A DNA stretch of 64,000 nt from the human T2T-CHM13v2.0 reference genome, Homo sapiens, in assembly GCF_009914755.1 (NCBI RefSeq), contig NC_060929.1. One strand, written 5' to 3'. Position 1 is the first letter of the stretch; each line of letters opens with the position of its first letter. This document shows positions 1 to 13,468 of this stretch, piece by piece. Made by a program: the position numbers and the translations under genes. Below the pieces are notes generated by a model. The model made no database searches, was not told the DNA's origin, and saw only the letters and a program-made list of their open reading frames with translations.

Positions 1-847
1 TAAAGTAACTGGAAGAGGTGGGGCTGATAGGATTCAATCTATAAAGGGCCTTATTTTTATCCCATTGCTATCTTCCGGTATATTTTGTAGGCTCTACCTT
101 CCCCACTCCCTTGACAACAATCTAAAATTTCATAGCTATATGACAATTTTAGGCATTAGAAAAGTCTCATTTCTCTTATAACCCCAAATTAGAACTCACT
201 CATGAAAAAGGTACCAATAAGGGAAGAGAGGGTAGTTCTTCATTAGTCTGTTTTGTTTTCTGTGCTCTTAGCATCAGGAAAAGGATGAAAGAAATATAGG
301 AAGAGGGACAAAATCCTTACCTGACCAAGGCCTACACCATCTTCTCTTGGCAGACCCTGGCTGACTTCCATGCGCTCCGTTATGGCATGGCTTCGAAGAC
401 TGCTTCATTTATGAGGTGCAATATTAGGTCCATGTTTACCTCTGACCTGATCAATTCCCAGAAAGATTGACGCTCTTACAGAACTATCCTCCTTTGTTCC
501 TTAATTTAGTAGGAAGGACCTCACAGCAAGGAGCACCTGAGGCAGAGTTCCATCAAGTATAGTAATGCCTCATGGCATCTTATTGCATGGGAAATTCTCA
601 TCCTCAGATGTTAGGAATGCAGCTATTCCTGTAAGACTCCCTCTCTTTGCAGTAGGGGCCCTAGGCTTAAGACAGTAACCCATTTCAAAGTTCCTTTACA
701 CTTCAACATATTGGGAATGAGATGCAGTCCATTCTGATTGGACTGCAATTCAACAAGCATCCAACTAGAAACATCTTATCAGCCTCCTCTCTTACACCTT
801 CATCACTAGGGCTTTCTCATTCAACTTGGTGGAACCCATCAACAGCT

Positions 848-880
848 GTTTTGTTGTTGTTGTTGTTGTTGTTTGTTTTT
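848..880. repeat. (TTG)n microsatellite
   Basis: ttgttgttgttgttgttgtt. Confidence 0.85.
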
Positions 881-929
881 TCTTAAATGGCTTATTTTTA
901 AAAATATCATTGTTTCTAATATTATGTTC

Positions 930-3100
930 TAAAATTTTCAAATTGGTGTTATTAGGGAAAAAATACATTATCACAAAATGCACCATTTTTAAGTACACAG
1001 TTCAATGATTTAAAAAAAGACACTAACATTGCCATCACTGTTGTGCCCTTCTCCAATAAAGCATTAGCCATATCGCCAGAGAGCGCTAGTTTTGTTTTTT
1101 TGTTTGTTTGTTTGTTTTTTTAATAAAGAATAGTTTTTGTTTGGAAAGCAACATCTGTCTGCTTACATGTGCTCACTACTGCTGGATTACCAGTATCTCT
1201 AACCTCTTCAACAAACAGAATCTATTCCATCTTTTCATGCATTTATTTGCCATACGTGTATCTTTTTTGGAGAAATGTCAATTCGGATGCTTTGCCCGTG
1301 TATTCATTGGCCCATTTATCTTTTTATTGTTGAGTTGTAACAGTTCTTTATATATTCTGGACGCAAATGAGTCCCTTATCACATATATAATTTGAAAATA
1401 TTTTCTCCTGCTTTTGGGTTACCTTTTTATTTTTTATGGTATTGTTTACAGCATAAAGTGTTTAATGTTAAGTCAAATGTTTCCATTTTTTAATGTTGTC
1501 ATTGTGCTTCTGGTGTCGTATCTGAGAAACCATTGTCTAATCCAAGATCATCAAGATTTACCTTTTTTTCCTTCTAAATGTTTTAGAAGAAATATTTACA
1601 AACTTTAGCCCTTACATTTAAACTTATGGTTTATTTTGAATTTAGTTTTATATAGACGTGAGGTAGGGGTTTAACTTCGTTTTTTTGCATATGGATAAAT
1701 TATCATTTAAATCAGTTAAGATAAATATGAGAAAATATATGTTTATATAGTCTTTCATATTCACCCATGTACTTACCTTTTCTAGTGCTCTTTATTTGTT
1801 CATGTGAATTAGTTACAATCTAGCGTCATTTCTTTTCAGCCTTTTCAGTACGTCATTTCATTTCTTTCAGAACTTACTTGAGTGTTTCTTGTAAGGCAGG
1901 TTTGATAGGAGGAAATTCTTTCAGTCTTAGTTTATCTAGGAATGTCATTTCACCATCACTTTTGAAGCATATAGTTGCTAAATATATATTTTATATTCGT
2001 TTTTTTCTTTCAATACTTTGATTCTGTCATTCCCCCTTACCTTGTAGCCTCGATTATTTTTGGAAAGAAGTCAGCCATTAGTTGCATTGTTTTCCTCCTG
2101 TGCATGTTGACCGGGTTTCCATTTGCTGTTTTCAAAATGTTCTCTTTCAATAGTTTCAATAAGATGTGTGTAGCTATGAATCTCTTTGTGTTCACCCTTC
2201 TTTGGACTTTGATAATGTTCTTGGCTATGTAATTTAAATTGTTCAGCAAATTGGGAAGTTTTTAGCCATTACTTCTTAAAATATTTTTTGTCCCTTTATT
2301 TCCTTCTATGATTCCTATTACCTTATATATTGGTATGTGTCATGGTTTCCCATGGTTGCTGAGGCTGTTATTTTTACTTGTTCTTCTTATTTTCTAGTCC
2401 TCTGATAGAATAATTGGGAGATCTTCAAGGTTGCTGATTATTTCATCTGACATTTCTAATCTGATGTTGTTTCCCCAGTGAATTTCTCGTTGATTACAGT
2501 TATCATACTTTTCAATTCCAAAATTCCCCTTTCTTTTCTATAACTACTCCTTATTAATATTCTCTTTGAGGTATTTTTATCATAATTTCATATAACTCTT
2601 TAAACATGGTTTCTTCAGTTATTTGGGCATATTTGTAATAGTTGTGTTGAAGTCATTGCATGCTAAGGCTAATATCTGCTCCCCTTCAAGACAGGTTTCA
2701 TTGACTATTTTCCCTGAGTATGGGTGATGATTTCCTGCTTTAGACGCTTTGCAATTTTTTGTTGAACTCCAGACACTGAAGAAAATATACTATAGCAATC
2801 TTTGAATTCATTTTCCCTGCTGGGTGTGTCCAGAGATCCTTTCTTGCTAGTCTGCTAGCACTGCATGTTTCAACCAGCATCTCAACCTCACACTAGCTGC
2901 AACACTGGCCACTGAGATTGCCAGTGACTGAGAAAATGCCCATGGGCCTTGAGTTTCACTGTATTCCACTCCAAATCAAGTCAGCCTCCTCTACCTGCAA
3001 AACTGCTGGTTTTCACAGTCTGACACCCTTACAGTACTACCACGATGATGAAGCTGGTGAAGGAACAAGAGCATCCCCAGGCTAAAATACATCAGAGACT
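930..3100 (-). mobile_element. Old L1 (L1M-type) fragments
   Basis: Antisense L1 3' end, ORF2-like sequence (atttgccatacgtgtatcttttttggagaaatgtc) and ORF1-like sequence (gtaaggcaggtttgatag, gaagtcagccattag). Confidence 0.75.
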
Positions 3101-3106
3101 CCTATG

Positions 3107-3410
3107 TTTTTTCTTTTTTTTTTTTTTTTTTTCGCCTCAAGACAGGATCTCACTCTGTCATCCAGGCTAGAGTGCAGTGGTGATCACAGCTCACTGCAGC
3201 CTGGACTACCCAGGCTCAAGTGATCCTTCTACCTCAGCCTCCCAAGTAGCTGGGACCACAGACGTGGGCGATATCCCCGGCTAATTTTTCATATTATTTG
3301 CAGAGACAAGGTCTCCCTATGTTGCCCAGGCTGGTCTCAGACTCTAAGGCTCAAGTGATCCTCCCGTCTCGGCCACCCAAGCTAGTGGGATTACAGACAT
3401 GAGCTGCCAT
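3107..3410 (-). mobile_element. Alu (AluJ-like)
   Basis: Poly-T followed by gacaggatctcactctgtcatccaggctagagtgcagtgg...gggattacagacatgagc. Confidence 0.92.
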
Positions 3411-3662
3411 ACAAGGTTCGCTTTTCTTATACAAGATTTAGTAGGGTTTTTTTTTGGTGAATAAATATTTCCCTGTCTGTCATATGCCTGTGTTTGATTC
3501 CCAGGGACCTGAAGTGATTGTTTTTGATAATTTTGTATAGTTTTGTTGTATTGCTGCATTTTTGGAGAGGATTTGATGAACCCCTCATTCCATCATTCCA
3601 GTAGATCAGGTTTTTACAGTGTATGTGCAGAAATACTGAAACTAATTTATGTGTTTATAAGG

Positions 3663-4725
3663 TGTATTAGACAGAATTCTAAAGATGCTTCTTCCCCAAT
3701 ATTCCACACCCTGGGCTACTCAAAGAAGCTCTTAACTGGATACTGTGGTCAAGAAACTTTGTAAATGTAATTAAGATGATGGATCTTAAAGTAGAGAGTT
3801 TATCCTGAATTGTCCAGGTCGGCCCAATCTAATTACTTGAGCTCTTAAAAGCAGGTAATTTTATCCAGCTAGGGTCATAAAGAAGCAGCAAAAGAGAGAG
3901 CAGGAAAGATGAGACAGAGGGGAAGTCAGAGAGATTCAAATCTTGAGAAGGAGTCCACATGTCATTGCTGGTTTTGAAGATGGAGGAAGTGGGGGGAGGT
4001 GCATAAACCAGGAAATGTGGATGTTCTCTAGGGCCCAAGAACAACCTCCAGACATTGTTGTAAAAAAAAAACAGGGACCTTAGTCCTACATTGCTATGTG
4101 TATTAGTCTGTTTTCACACTGCTATAAAGCACTACCTGAGACTGAGTAATTTATGAAGAAAAAAGCTTTAATTGACACACAGTTCAACAGGCTTAACAGA
4201 AACCGTGACTGGGAAGTCTCAGAAAACTTACAGTCATGGCAGAAGGTGAAGGGAAAGCAAGCATGTTTTACCAGGGTGGAGCAGGAGGGTGGAAGGAAGT
4301 GCTAAACACTTTTAAACTACCAGATCTCATGATAACTCACTTATAAGACAGCACTAGGGGGATGATGCTTAACCGTTAGAAACTGCCTCCATAAGCCAGT
4401 CACCTCCCATCAAGCCCCTCCTTCAACATGTGGGGATTACAATTTGATATGAGATTTCAGTGGGGACACAGCCAAACCATATCATCATGCAACTGAATTT
4501 GCCCAACAACCTGAATGAGCTTGGGAGTTAATTCATCCCCAGAGCCTCCAGAAATGAATACAGCCTTGGACAACAACTTGATTTCAACTTGTGAAACCTG
4601 GAACAGAGAACTACCTGAACCACACTATTCCTGGGCTTCTCAACTACAAAACTGAGAGATAAATGGATATTATTTTATGACATAAAATTTGTAGTAATCT
4701 TTCATGTCAGCAATAGAAACTAATA
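3663..4725 (+). mobile_element. MaLR LTR (MLT1E-like), interrupted by a THE1/MST LTR
   Basis: Starts tgtattagacagaattctaaagatg; ends cagcaatagaaactaatac. Confidence 0.8.
4099..4484 (-). mobile_element. THE1/MSTA-type MaLR solo LTR
   Basis: tgtattagtctgttttcacactgctataaag...ggggacacagccaaaccatatca, with TG...CA termini. Confidence 0.9.
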
Positions 4726-4769
4726 CTCTATCTAGTATTGGACAAATAATGTGTTGTGGATAACAAAAG

Positions 4770-5610
4770 CCAGTTTTCTCACTCTTTAAGAAAGTATTTA
4801 CAAATGAGGAAAAGGAAGATTAACATGAACTCTATGGTGTTGGATTGCAGTTGGAGGTATCCATATTCATACACACATAAATTAACATAGAAATAGATGT
4901 TATGTATGTTAACATGCACATCTTGGTTTTCAATTGTTTGATCCTTAAATAATGGAAAGTATAAGAAGAGCCTGGAGTATCTTGTGGTGCTAAAAAGGAT
5001 GTCCTCAAATAATGTTGTAAAGATGTCCAAAAAACACAGGAGCCAACATAATGTGGCTCCAATGTCTACATAAAAACCATTTGACAAAAAAAAACTAGTG
5101 GATAATAACCTAGTCAATTAATGTATATTTGTTCAAATAATAGAGTAACTGTAAATAAACAGAGAGAAAGGGACAGTTCTTTCTTAGATTACAATACCAA
5201 TTAATACATGTTACACAAGTGATGAATACAGAAAATCACTATTAGCAAAAACCATATTAAGCACGCAAGAATCAAAAATGGATGCTAAAATTAGTGGATG
5301 AAAGTTTGCTGAGAAACAGGATATTTGGATGGTCTCAAAGTATCCCTTCAAGAGCTAGTTATTAATAACACAGGAGAAAATAAAATTAGAGTGGTCATTG
5401 CTGGCAGATACATACCTTAACCAAGTGATCAAAGTTCTGTCATATTTAGACAACATGTACTCGCTAATATGTGCGTTGAGAAGAGTATATCATTTTTGCC
5501 AAAAAATACGTATAATGTTAATATAATCATGAGAAAACATCAGACTAATCCAAATTGATAGATATTCCACAAAATAATTGGCCAATCCTTTTCAAAATTG
5601 TCAAGGTAAT
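4770..5610 (+). mobile_element. L1MC-type 3' end fragment (resumes at ~6270-6385 and ~7230-7430)
   Basis: Characteristic taaccaagtgatcaaagt and ctaatccaaattga...attccacaaaataattggcc segments. Confidence 0.65.
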
Positions 5611-5611
5611 A

Positions 5612-6265
5612 TATGGTAGACAGCCCCCAATATCACCCCAATGATAGTCACAATATGCATGCCTCTTGGTACTACCTTTTGTCTTTTCTTCCCACTCTAT
5701 ACCAGGCATGGTAGGCAGATTTGTAAAGATGTGTTCTCCTCCCTGGCTTATTCAACCAAATATGAATCAAGGTCTTCTAGTTTACTGCAAAGTTCTTTTA
5801 AATCCTTTTAAGGACTTTGCAGCTGGAATTAAGATTACTAAGGTCATCTGTATGACCAGTAGACTGTGGTAGAAAAGATGGTATGTCACTTCTAAAATCA
5901 AATCATATAAGACACTGTGCTTTCAGTTTTGGTTGCTCTCACTCTCTTTTGTGTCATTCACCCTGGTAGCAGTCAGCTGCCACGTCACAAGACCTATGAA
6001 GAGGCTCACATGTTGAGGAATGAAGTTCTTTTTCAAACAAACATGTGAGCACACTTTCTTACAAGCACATTACTCAATCCCAGAGAACCCTTCAGATGAT
6101 TACACCCCCAGCCAATATCTTTATTGAGACTTCTTGAGAAACTTCAAACCAGAGCCACCCAGCACAGCTGCTCCTGAAATCCTGACACACAAAAATGGTA
6201 GGATAATAAATGTTTCCTGTTTTAAGCCACTGAAGTTTAGAGTTATTTGACACATAGACATAGAG
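5612..6265 (+). mobile_element. MaLR LTR (MLT1F-like)
   Basis: gatggtatgtcacttcta...cagctgccacgtc...ataataaatgtttcctgttttaagccactgaagttt. Confidence 0.78.
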
Positions 6266-6386
6266 AGGAAATATATCATGAAGAAAAAAGACTGGGTAAC
6301 CATTCCAGATTGGAAAAGATTAAGAAGCAGTAATAAATAAATTTAACATGGGATCCTTGACTGGGTTCAGATCAGATAAAGACCAC

Positions 6387-7226
6387 TGAAGCAGGAAATT
6401 ACCCTGATCCCTTTGCAGGGGGGAACTGGAGTGTGGACACTGGAGCTAGCTGGTTGCTTTGGTGCCAGCAGGGGTAAACTCCACTCACTAGAACCTGTTA
6501 TGCTCAACCCCTTGTGGAAGAGAGCACATAAGTGAGTGGATGCAGGAGCCAGGGTGAGTGCTTTGGGGCACCAACAGGAAACGCCGTGCAGGCTCCATGG
6601 AAGCATCTAATGGGGAGTACCCACGACTCCCGAAGCCCCAGGGGCATGCTTTACAGCGTTCTTTTAGCTTTGCTGTCTGCTGACGGCTTAAGTGTGAAAC
6701 AGCTCAGTAGGCGCTCTGCCTTTTGACGTGAGGCAGTTGCTCTCCACCAGTGAGGGCAGAGGGTCAGAGTGATAGCCTTTAGCATTCGCACCCGTGGCAC
6801 ATGAGCTGTTGTTCAACATCCAGGAAAAATCAGGTTGCATGAAAAAATTGAAGGGTAGTGAATGTGAAGGACTTTATTGCCTATGAAAGTGGCTCTCAGC
6901 CGCAAGGGGAGCTGGAAAAGGGATAGAGCAGGAAGATGATCTTTTCCTGAAGTCCAGTGGCCTGGACTTCTTCTCTCCAGCCCCAAACCAGTTTCCAATG
7001 TCCAGCTGCTTTTCATCTTCTCCTCGCCTGCTCTGCTGGCAAAGCCTGGGATGGCACAGGATAGGGGGCAGAGTGGGCCATGGGTGGTTTTGGAAAAGGC
7101 AACATTTGAGCAGGAAAACAGGAATGCATGTTCTCACTTTGGGCTGTAGTTCCAGGCTTGAGGGTGGGGCCTTTACCAGGACTCGCTCTCTTCTGCCCAG
7201 AATTTCCCAGCCTCCTGTCCTTGTCA
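6387..7226 (-). mobile_element. ERV1 solo LTR (MER50 family)
   Basis: Minus strand begins tgacaaggacaggaggctgggaaattctgggcagaagag...aaggccccaccctcaagcctgg. TG...CA termini. Perfect 4-bp TSD CCAC at 6383-6386 and 7227-7230. Confidence 0.88.
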
Positions 7227-8084
7227 CCACTAGTGTTATGATTGGCAAAATTATAATAAAATCTGTAGATTAGTTAATAGTATCATGCCAATGCTAGTTT
7301 CTTCGTAATTGTTTCTAGTTTTAGGTAATTGTTCTATGGATTTTTAAAATATTAACACTAGAGAAAGCTTATAGAGGAATTTTATGTGTACTATTTTACA
7401 AAGTCTAAAAGCACTACAAAATAAAATTTTAAATGGAAAGTCAGACGCACTAAATTTGAAAAGAAAAAAATGATCAATTCTTGATAATTTTTATAAGCTA
7501 AATTAATTTTAGCTGAAGCACTAAAATGTTATAATCCAACTTACCCATTGAGTTTTTCAAAGTGGATTATCTTTCATCTATTTTTGATTACTCATATGTG
7601 CTGTAAAAGTTAGTGTTTATTGGACTTTACTGAAAAAAAAGCTGAAGGAGCCTGGGGGAAAAGAACATTACATTTCAAATTAACATCTAATATTATTTCC
7701 TTAAAATATTTTACTATTACAATAAACTGAGATAAATTAAACACATCCCACACTTTTTTATCAGATAGTTTACAAATAAACCATCTGTAAAATGTATCCT
7801 ACTTATATAAATCTTATATATTAATCTGTCATATGTAGAAACTTGTGTAAGAGAATTTCCCTAATATATATTTCATAATACATGTGGTTTGTATTGAATT
7901 AAAAACATCTGTTGAGATACAAGAAATCACTGGATTAAATTATTAATACATTCACCAAGTTCAAAAGCATACTAATTTCCCTTTCCCATCCATAAAATAT
8001 GCTTATGTTCACAGAGATAAGGCAAGTTTCAAACCTGTGTCATTTAATAAGCTCAAACACGACAATTTTGTATAAACATTCTGA

Positions 8085-8090
8085 TTTAAT
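8085..8090 (-). terminator. Candidate polyadenylation signal ATTAAA
   Basis: tttaat on the plus strand. A more proximal AATAAA lies at 9401-9406. Such hexamers are common in AT-rich DNA. Confidence 0.45.
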
Positions 8091-9635
8091 AAATGGTATG
8101 AATATATATTTTGCATACTTTACAATAAAGAAAATTTTGAAAGAAAATGGATCTAAAACTTTGTTTCCCTCCAATTTACATAGTAAAGTCAACTGCATAC
8201 AGTTCTTTCCATGTGTAAGTTTTACATTTGTATTTTCTACAATTAAGTAAATCTAAATGTTAAATTTTAACACATATATCCAATTATGTACACAATTACA
8301 ATGTCAATTTATAAGTCAAGCTTACTTAACAATCATAAATTACAAAAAACGCACTATGAATAATTTTGTTCTAGAAGTATCACATCAACTCATATGATCT
8401 AGGTGAACCCAAAAGTAAAAAATAATGATTATAAATTATGGTAGTGTCTGTAAAACCCTGTTATAAAGGAGGTATTCTTTTAAAATATGTACCTTATATA
8501 TAAAAGCTCCTGACTCCTTTTAAGGACCAAAATTATTTTCAGTCTAACCATTTTCATTAAAGCGCTTATTTAAAAAGTATCACCTTATAAAACTGAGTAT
8601 ATAAAATACAATGCAGCCCTTGATAGCTAAGAATCTTTATAAACGCCAATGATTTAGTGACCTGTTTATCAAACTATTTCTATGGATGGGTTGATTTTTT
8701 TTCTTCCTCTAAATTAAGTGGCCCTAGACTAATATATTTGTTCAGTTATTCTGTTTTCTTCCTTACTGCCATTTCACATCTCCATCAGTGAGTTCCTCAG
8801 GATTTGCCTTTATGTTACAACTATGAAAGTCTTCAATCCAATTCCCTGCTTCCACACAAAGGACAAAGAAAGCCTAAACTTTCCTTTTCCTTTTTTCTGG
8901 GCTCCAATAGGAAGCAGCATTTACAACGTGTCTGGCTTGGTGGGAGGAAGATTGTCAATTGAGGTATCATGTGTGTTCACCTGCCTCTCTTGCCCTATTT
9001 CTTTGGTTGCTATAAATTTCCTGCTTCTCAAATATCTGGATTTTTGGCTACCTATTTGGCTTCCGTCTTTGGTGTTTATATCTGTCTGGTTTTAGCAGGT
9101 CTCTCTGATTCCTGACCCACAGCTCCTCTCCTTCTCTAATATTCAAGTATGCTGCTTCCCTAACTCCTCATTCCTTCTCCTTGAATTTCACTTTACAATT
9201 GCGCTAGGTTCTAACATCGTTGGCCATAGATTACCACAAAACATAATTTCTTAAATTCTGCAAATTTCTAATGTTTCTAATCTTGGTTTCCTACAAGATC
9301 TAACACTAAGCTTGTGTTATCCTGATTACAGTGTATATAAAACAATGCTTGTGGAAAATTAACCTAGGAGAAAGCTTATAGGGGAAACCTGATGATGAAT
9401 TTTATTAAATTAATAACCCTTATAACAATTTCAAATGTAATACTATCTGGATTTGAACTTCAATACTTTTCCTAAGTAAAATTCTTAACCATGGTAGAAG
9501 TTATGTTTGTTGATGTTCACTCATCTATACCCTCCATATTCTCAGCAAAGTTGGCATAAATCTGACCTGAATAAACAGGGTTATAACATTATCAGGCTTG
9601 TAAAATACTTTATCAAATCAATGCATCAGTTAAAG

Positions 9636-9960
9636 CAGGGGTCCCCAGCCCTGGGCTGTGTGTGGCCTGTTAGGAATCGGGCCACACAGTTGGTGAGCTG
9701 AGAGGCAGGTGAGTGAGCATTACTGCCTGAGCTCCACCTCTTGTTAGATCAGTAGTGGCATTAGATTCTCATAGGAGTGCACACTCCATTGGGAACTGCA
9801 CATGCAAGGGATCTAGGTTGCACTCTCCTTATGAGAATCTAACTAATGCCTGATGGTCTGAGGTGGAGCAGTTTCATCTCAAAACCATACCTTCTTCCCC
9901 CATGGAAAAATTGTCTTCCACAAAAATGGTCCCTGATGCAAAAAAGGTTGGGGACTGCTG
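9636..9960 (+). mobile_element. MER1B hAT-Charlie DNA transposon inside the probable 3' UTR
   Basis: TIRs caggggtcccca / tggggactgctg. Perfect 8-bp TSD AGTTAAAG at 9628-9635 and 9961-9968. Confidence 0.92.
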
Positions 9961-10647
9961 AGTTAAAGGGTAGGGTTTAATATTCTAATTAAACAATAAT
10001 AATAGATGACTACACTATGCAAGGCACTGTCTTAGGTGCTATGAGTAATGTGTTAAGTGGTTGGCTTTTCAAATAGGAAAAATTAAAGGTATATAAGTAT
10101 TGATCAATAGTTTCATGTTTAGTTGGCATTTTTCTTTACTGACTGGTACTTTCCTCTGAAATATATGCAATTGAATAATATTATCACAGAATCATAAATG
10201 TGTTAAAAATTGTAATATCAACAAATTACCTCCTGGAATTCTTGAGTTAAAGTGAAAATATGTGTATACAATGCTGATGTTTCTGTATTCACTATATACT
10301 AAGACACAAGGATGATAACTAACATATTCTAATAGTTCAATAATTTGCTTGGAGAAAGGCCAGGCTAGTATACATAAATTTAAAAACAAATTACATGGTA
10401 AACCTGGTTTTAAATTCATAGGCTTTCAATAATAATTCCCGGAAATCATCACACAACTTTGATTAGTTTAAATTTTTATACCATAAATGTTCTAAGCTCA
10501 AAATATTGACAATGAAAATTAAAATTAAACAAGTTGTAATGGGGATAGAAACAACATTTTTTTTAAATGTAAATTTTTCTAATTGTGGGCCTTTTTTCTT
10601 GTTATTGCTTGAGGATTTCATACCTAGACAATGGGAATAGGAAATAA

Positions 10648-10722
10648 GTGTGTATGTGTGCGTGTGTGTGTGTGTGTGTGTGTTCGTGTGTGTGTGTGTG
10701 TGTGTGCTCGTGTGTGTGTGTG
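10648..10722. repeat. Interrupted (TG)n microsatellite in the 3' UTR
   Basis: ~75 nt of tg dinucleotides. Confidence 0.95.
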
Positions 10723-10937
10723 CTGTGTTTTGAGGCTTTACGTGGGCTTTGAAGGCACAGGTCTGTTTCTTGCATAAAACAAAAACTACATAAGTAAAAA
10801 AATACATTTGATTATAAAAACATCAATTTTGTAAATATGATTGTCCATATTGGATAGATAATCCTGCCATGGCAATGTGTGTTCTTAAAAATCGAGGTAA
10901 ATTTTCCAGGTGTAAAACAGTCTTCTCTTTTCCCATT

Positions 10938-11098
10938 TCACCCTTCTTTTACTATTTTGTTGAGATCCTGTTCTGCTAAAACATTAGTCACAACTGCATT
11001 CTCTTTATGAAATGACACATCTGTGGCTGATGGAGGTGGTTTATACAAAAAGATTGCAAATCCATTGAAGAACATGGTGATAACTTTACAAGTAACAC
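10938..11098 (-). CDS. SLCO4C1: SLCO4C1 terminal coding exon portion (probable exon 13), (S)VTCKVITMFF...DLNKIVKEG-stop
   Basis: 161 nt including TGA at 10938-10940. Acceptor ttttcacttag. Lies inside ORF 10938..11123. Confidence 0.96.
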
Positions 11099-11420
11099 CT
11101 AAGTGAAAAAAAAAATTAATCATGTGCTTTTGTTTTTAATTATGATAAAAATTATCACTGAGAAAAATCTTCATGAATAGAACATTTTTAAAGAGAATAA
11201 TTACATAACCATTATAGTTCTATGTTTAAAATTTTTGAAACATTAAGGGGAAAGAAAAAACATTTGTATACAATTCAAGTCACTAGTACTTATTTTCTTT
11301 CTAAGCTGTAATAGAGCACAATAATTAACTTATTCTTGGTTATGCTTGTGCATTCTTGTAAAATAAGTGTTGTATAGAACTAAATAGGAATTGGGCCACC
11401 ATCTAGATTTGTTAACACAA

Positions 11421-11712
<292 letters not shown>

Positions 11713-13330
11713 TTAACACAATATGATATCTATAAAAAATTGCAAGCAACCAAAAGTCAATAATGAGGGAAAGTAGTTTGTAACATTCTTGAACCTGAAT
11801 AAATTGAAGAACATTCCCTTCCAGGACAGAAAATAATTCTAAAAATTAAAAAGGTTTTGGAGTTCTTAAAGCCTCTGTGGGAGGATATCACACTCAATAC
11901 TTAACCAAATCTACTCTTCTTATCAGCTAAAAATAAACATTAAGATTCACTTCACAAACTTTGATTTATTTCCAAGTAAATCTGATTTTAAGTTCAGTTA
12001 TATGAAGAGAAACTAGTTCCAACCACAGTATAAGCATTTAATAATTGCCAGCCTAATAAATTCAACGTGGTCTCACAGTATAGTTCTTGCAGTAGCTGGT
12101 TTCTTTTTGTTGATTATTAATATTTTGTTTAAAAACATGTATTTGAAAAACAGGAATGCTCATTCATCTAGGCATTACTAGACTATAGAATGATTAGTTA
12201 CATAGGTACAACTTACAACTTTTTTTATTTGTTTCATTCTGAAAATTTTAAGGTTTTATATATTTTGTGGGGGGATTCCCATTCATCATTGACTAGGAAA
12301 ATGAATGATTTGTTCTATCTATATCTTTGACCAAAAAGTACAAACAAAATGAATTAAATAAATTTTAAACATAAAAACATTGTATGTAGCCATGATTGTG
12401 GTAAAAATATATAATTTTAAAAATTGAATAAAAAATGGTTTTTAACAACAGGTAAAGTAATGGGATGATTAATTTTGCCTATACTTGTCAATACTTACTC
12501 CCCAAGTGCTATAAGAATTTATAGATTATTTCTTCAGCAAATATTCTATTACTCTATCTCTATCAACTCAGAAAGCATACTCTGGATTTACATGCATGTA
12601 AGAGTAATAATAGCCTATCTTGATCAACCTGTGTCAAAATAATCACAATGAAAATCACACATTATATTAGATACATATGTATACATACATTCAGGATTTC
12701 TCTAAGCTATTTTAGTTTCCTAGGTTATTATTCAAATTTTAAATTTTTAAATTTCAACTTTTATTTTACTAGTGTAAACTAGATACATTGTTTTACTTAA
12801 TCTTAATCTTGCCTTAAATTTCATTCATTGCTTAACCAAGACATTACAAACTGCAAAAGGCAAAAAGAATTAAACATCACAGCTAACCTTCTAAACTATA
12901 AAAATGTTCCTTACAACGTGCCTTGGAGACAAAGGATACTTCCCTGCCTGAGCCATATGTGTTTGCAACACCTAGATACCTAGATGACAATCATTCCAGG
13001 GAGTTTCTCAGAATTCTCTTTTAGCTTTCGAGTATACTTTCCAAAAATGTTTGAGATAAGTTATTAAAAGAAAAGTATATACTGTATGATGTAATGAAAG
13101 CTAGAATTTTATTTTCTTGTATTTAGTACTGAGCCTTGCAAACTCCATCTGTTCAAAGCCTTTCATAACATGCTGTGATAAATGTTCTCTGCTTCAGGAA
13201 GACTACTGGATGGTTCAACAATGTGGACTGAACATTTCAAAATACCTGTGACCCTAAGTAACCAACAATGAGATTTTTTTTTTTTTACATCCTTAGTTTA
13301 CTCTAAAATTATCAAGAAGTCACCACTTAC

Positions 13331-13468
13331 TTATGGCTACTAGCATATGGGCCATCTTGATGTTATCATAAATCCAGCAAGCTCCTTTAATTCCACAATC
13401 ATTTATATCCCAAAGAATACATGTGCTGTCTATTGTGAAACCAAATATAATTGGTCCAGGAATTGTCC
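13331..13468 (-). CDS. SLCO4C1: SLCO4C1 coding exon (probable exon 12), (G)TIPGPIIFGFTIDSTCILW...GACWIYD...AI(S)
   Basis: 138 nt. IPGPIIFG..ID..C..W...C...GAC.IYD motif. Acceptor ttcttttag, donor A|gtaagt. Confidence 0.97.

Larger units (their letters stand above)
8060..10937 (-). other. SLCO4C1: Probable 3' UTR of SLCO4C1 (distal end approximate)
   Basis: AU-rich sequence following the stop codon. Candidate ATTAAA at 8085-8090 on the minus strand. The exact cleavage site cannot be read from sequence. Confidence 0.6.

Noticed and set aside
10192-10807. Sense ORFs in the 3' UTR (75 aa and 114 aa)
   Set aside because: One is driven by the CA repeat (THTH); the other has no recognisable motif. 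Nothing in the sequence supports translation.
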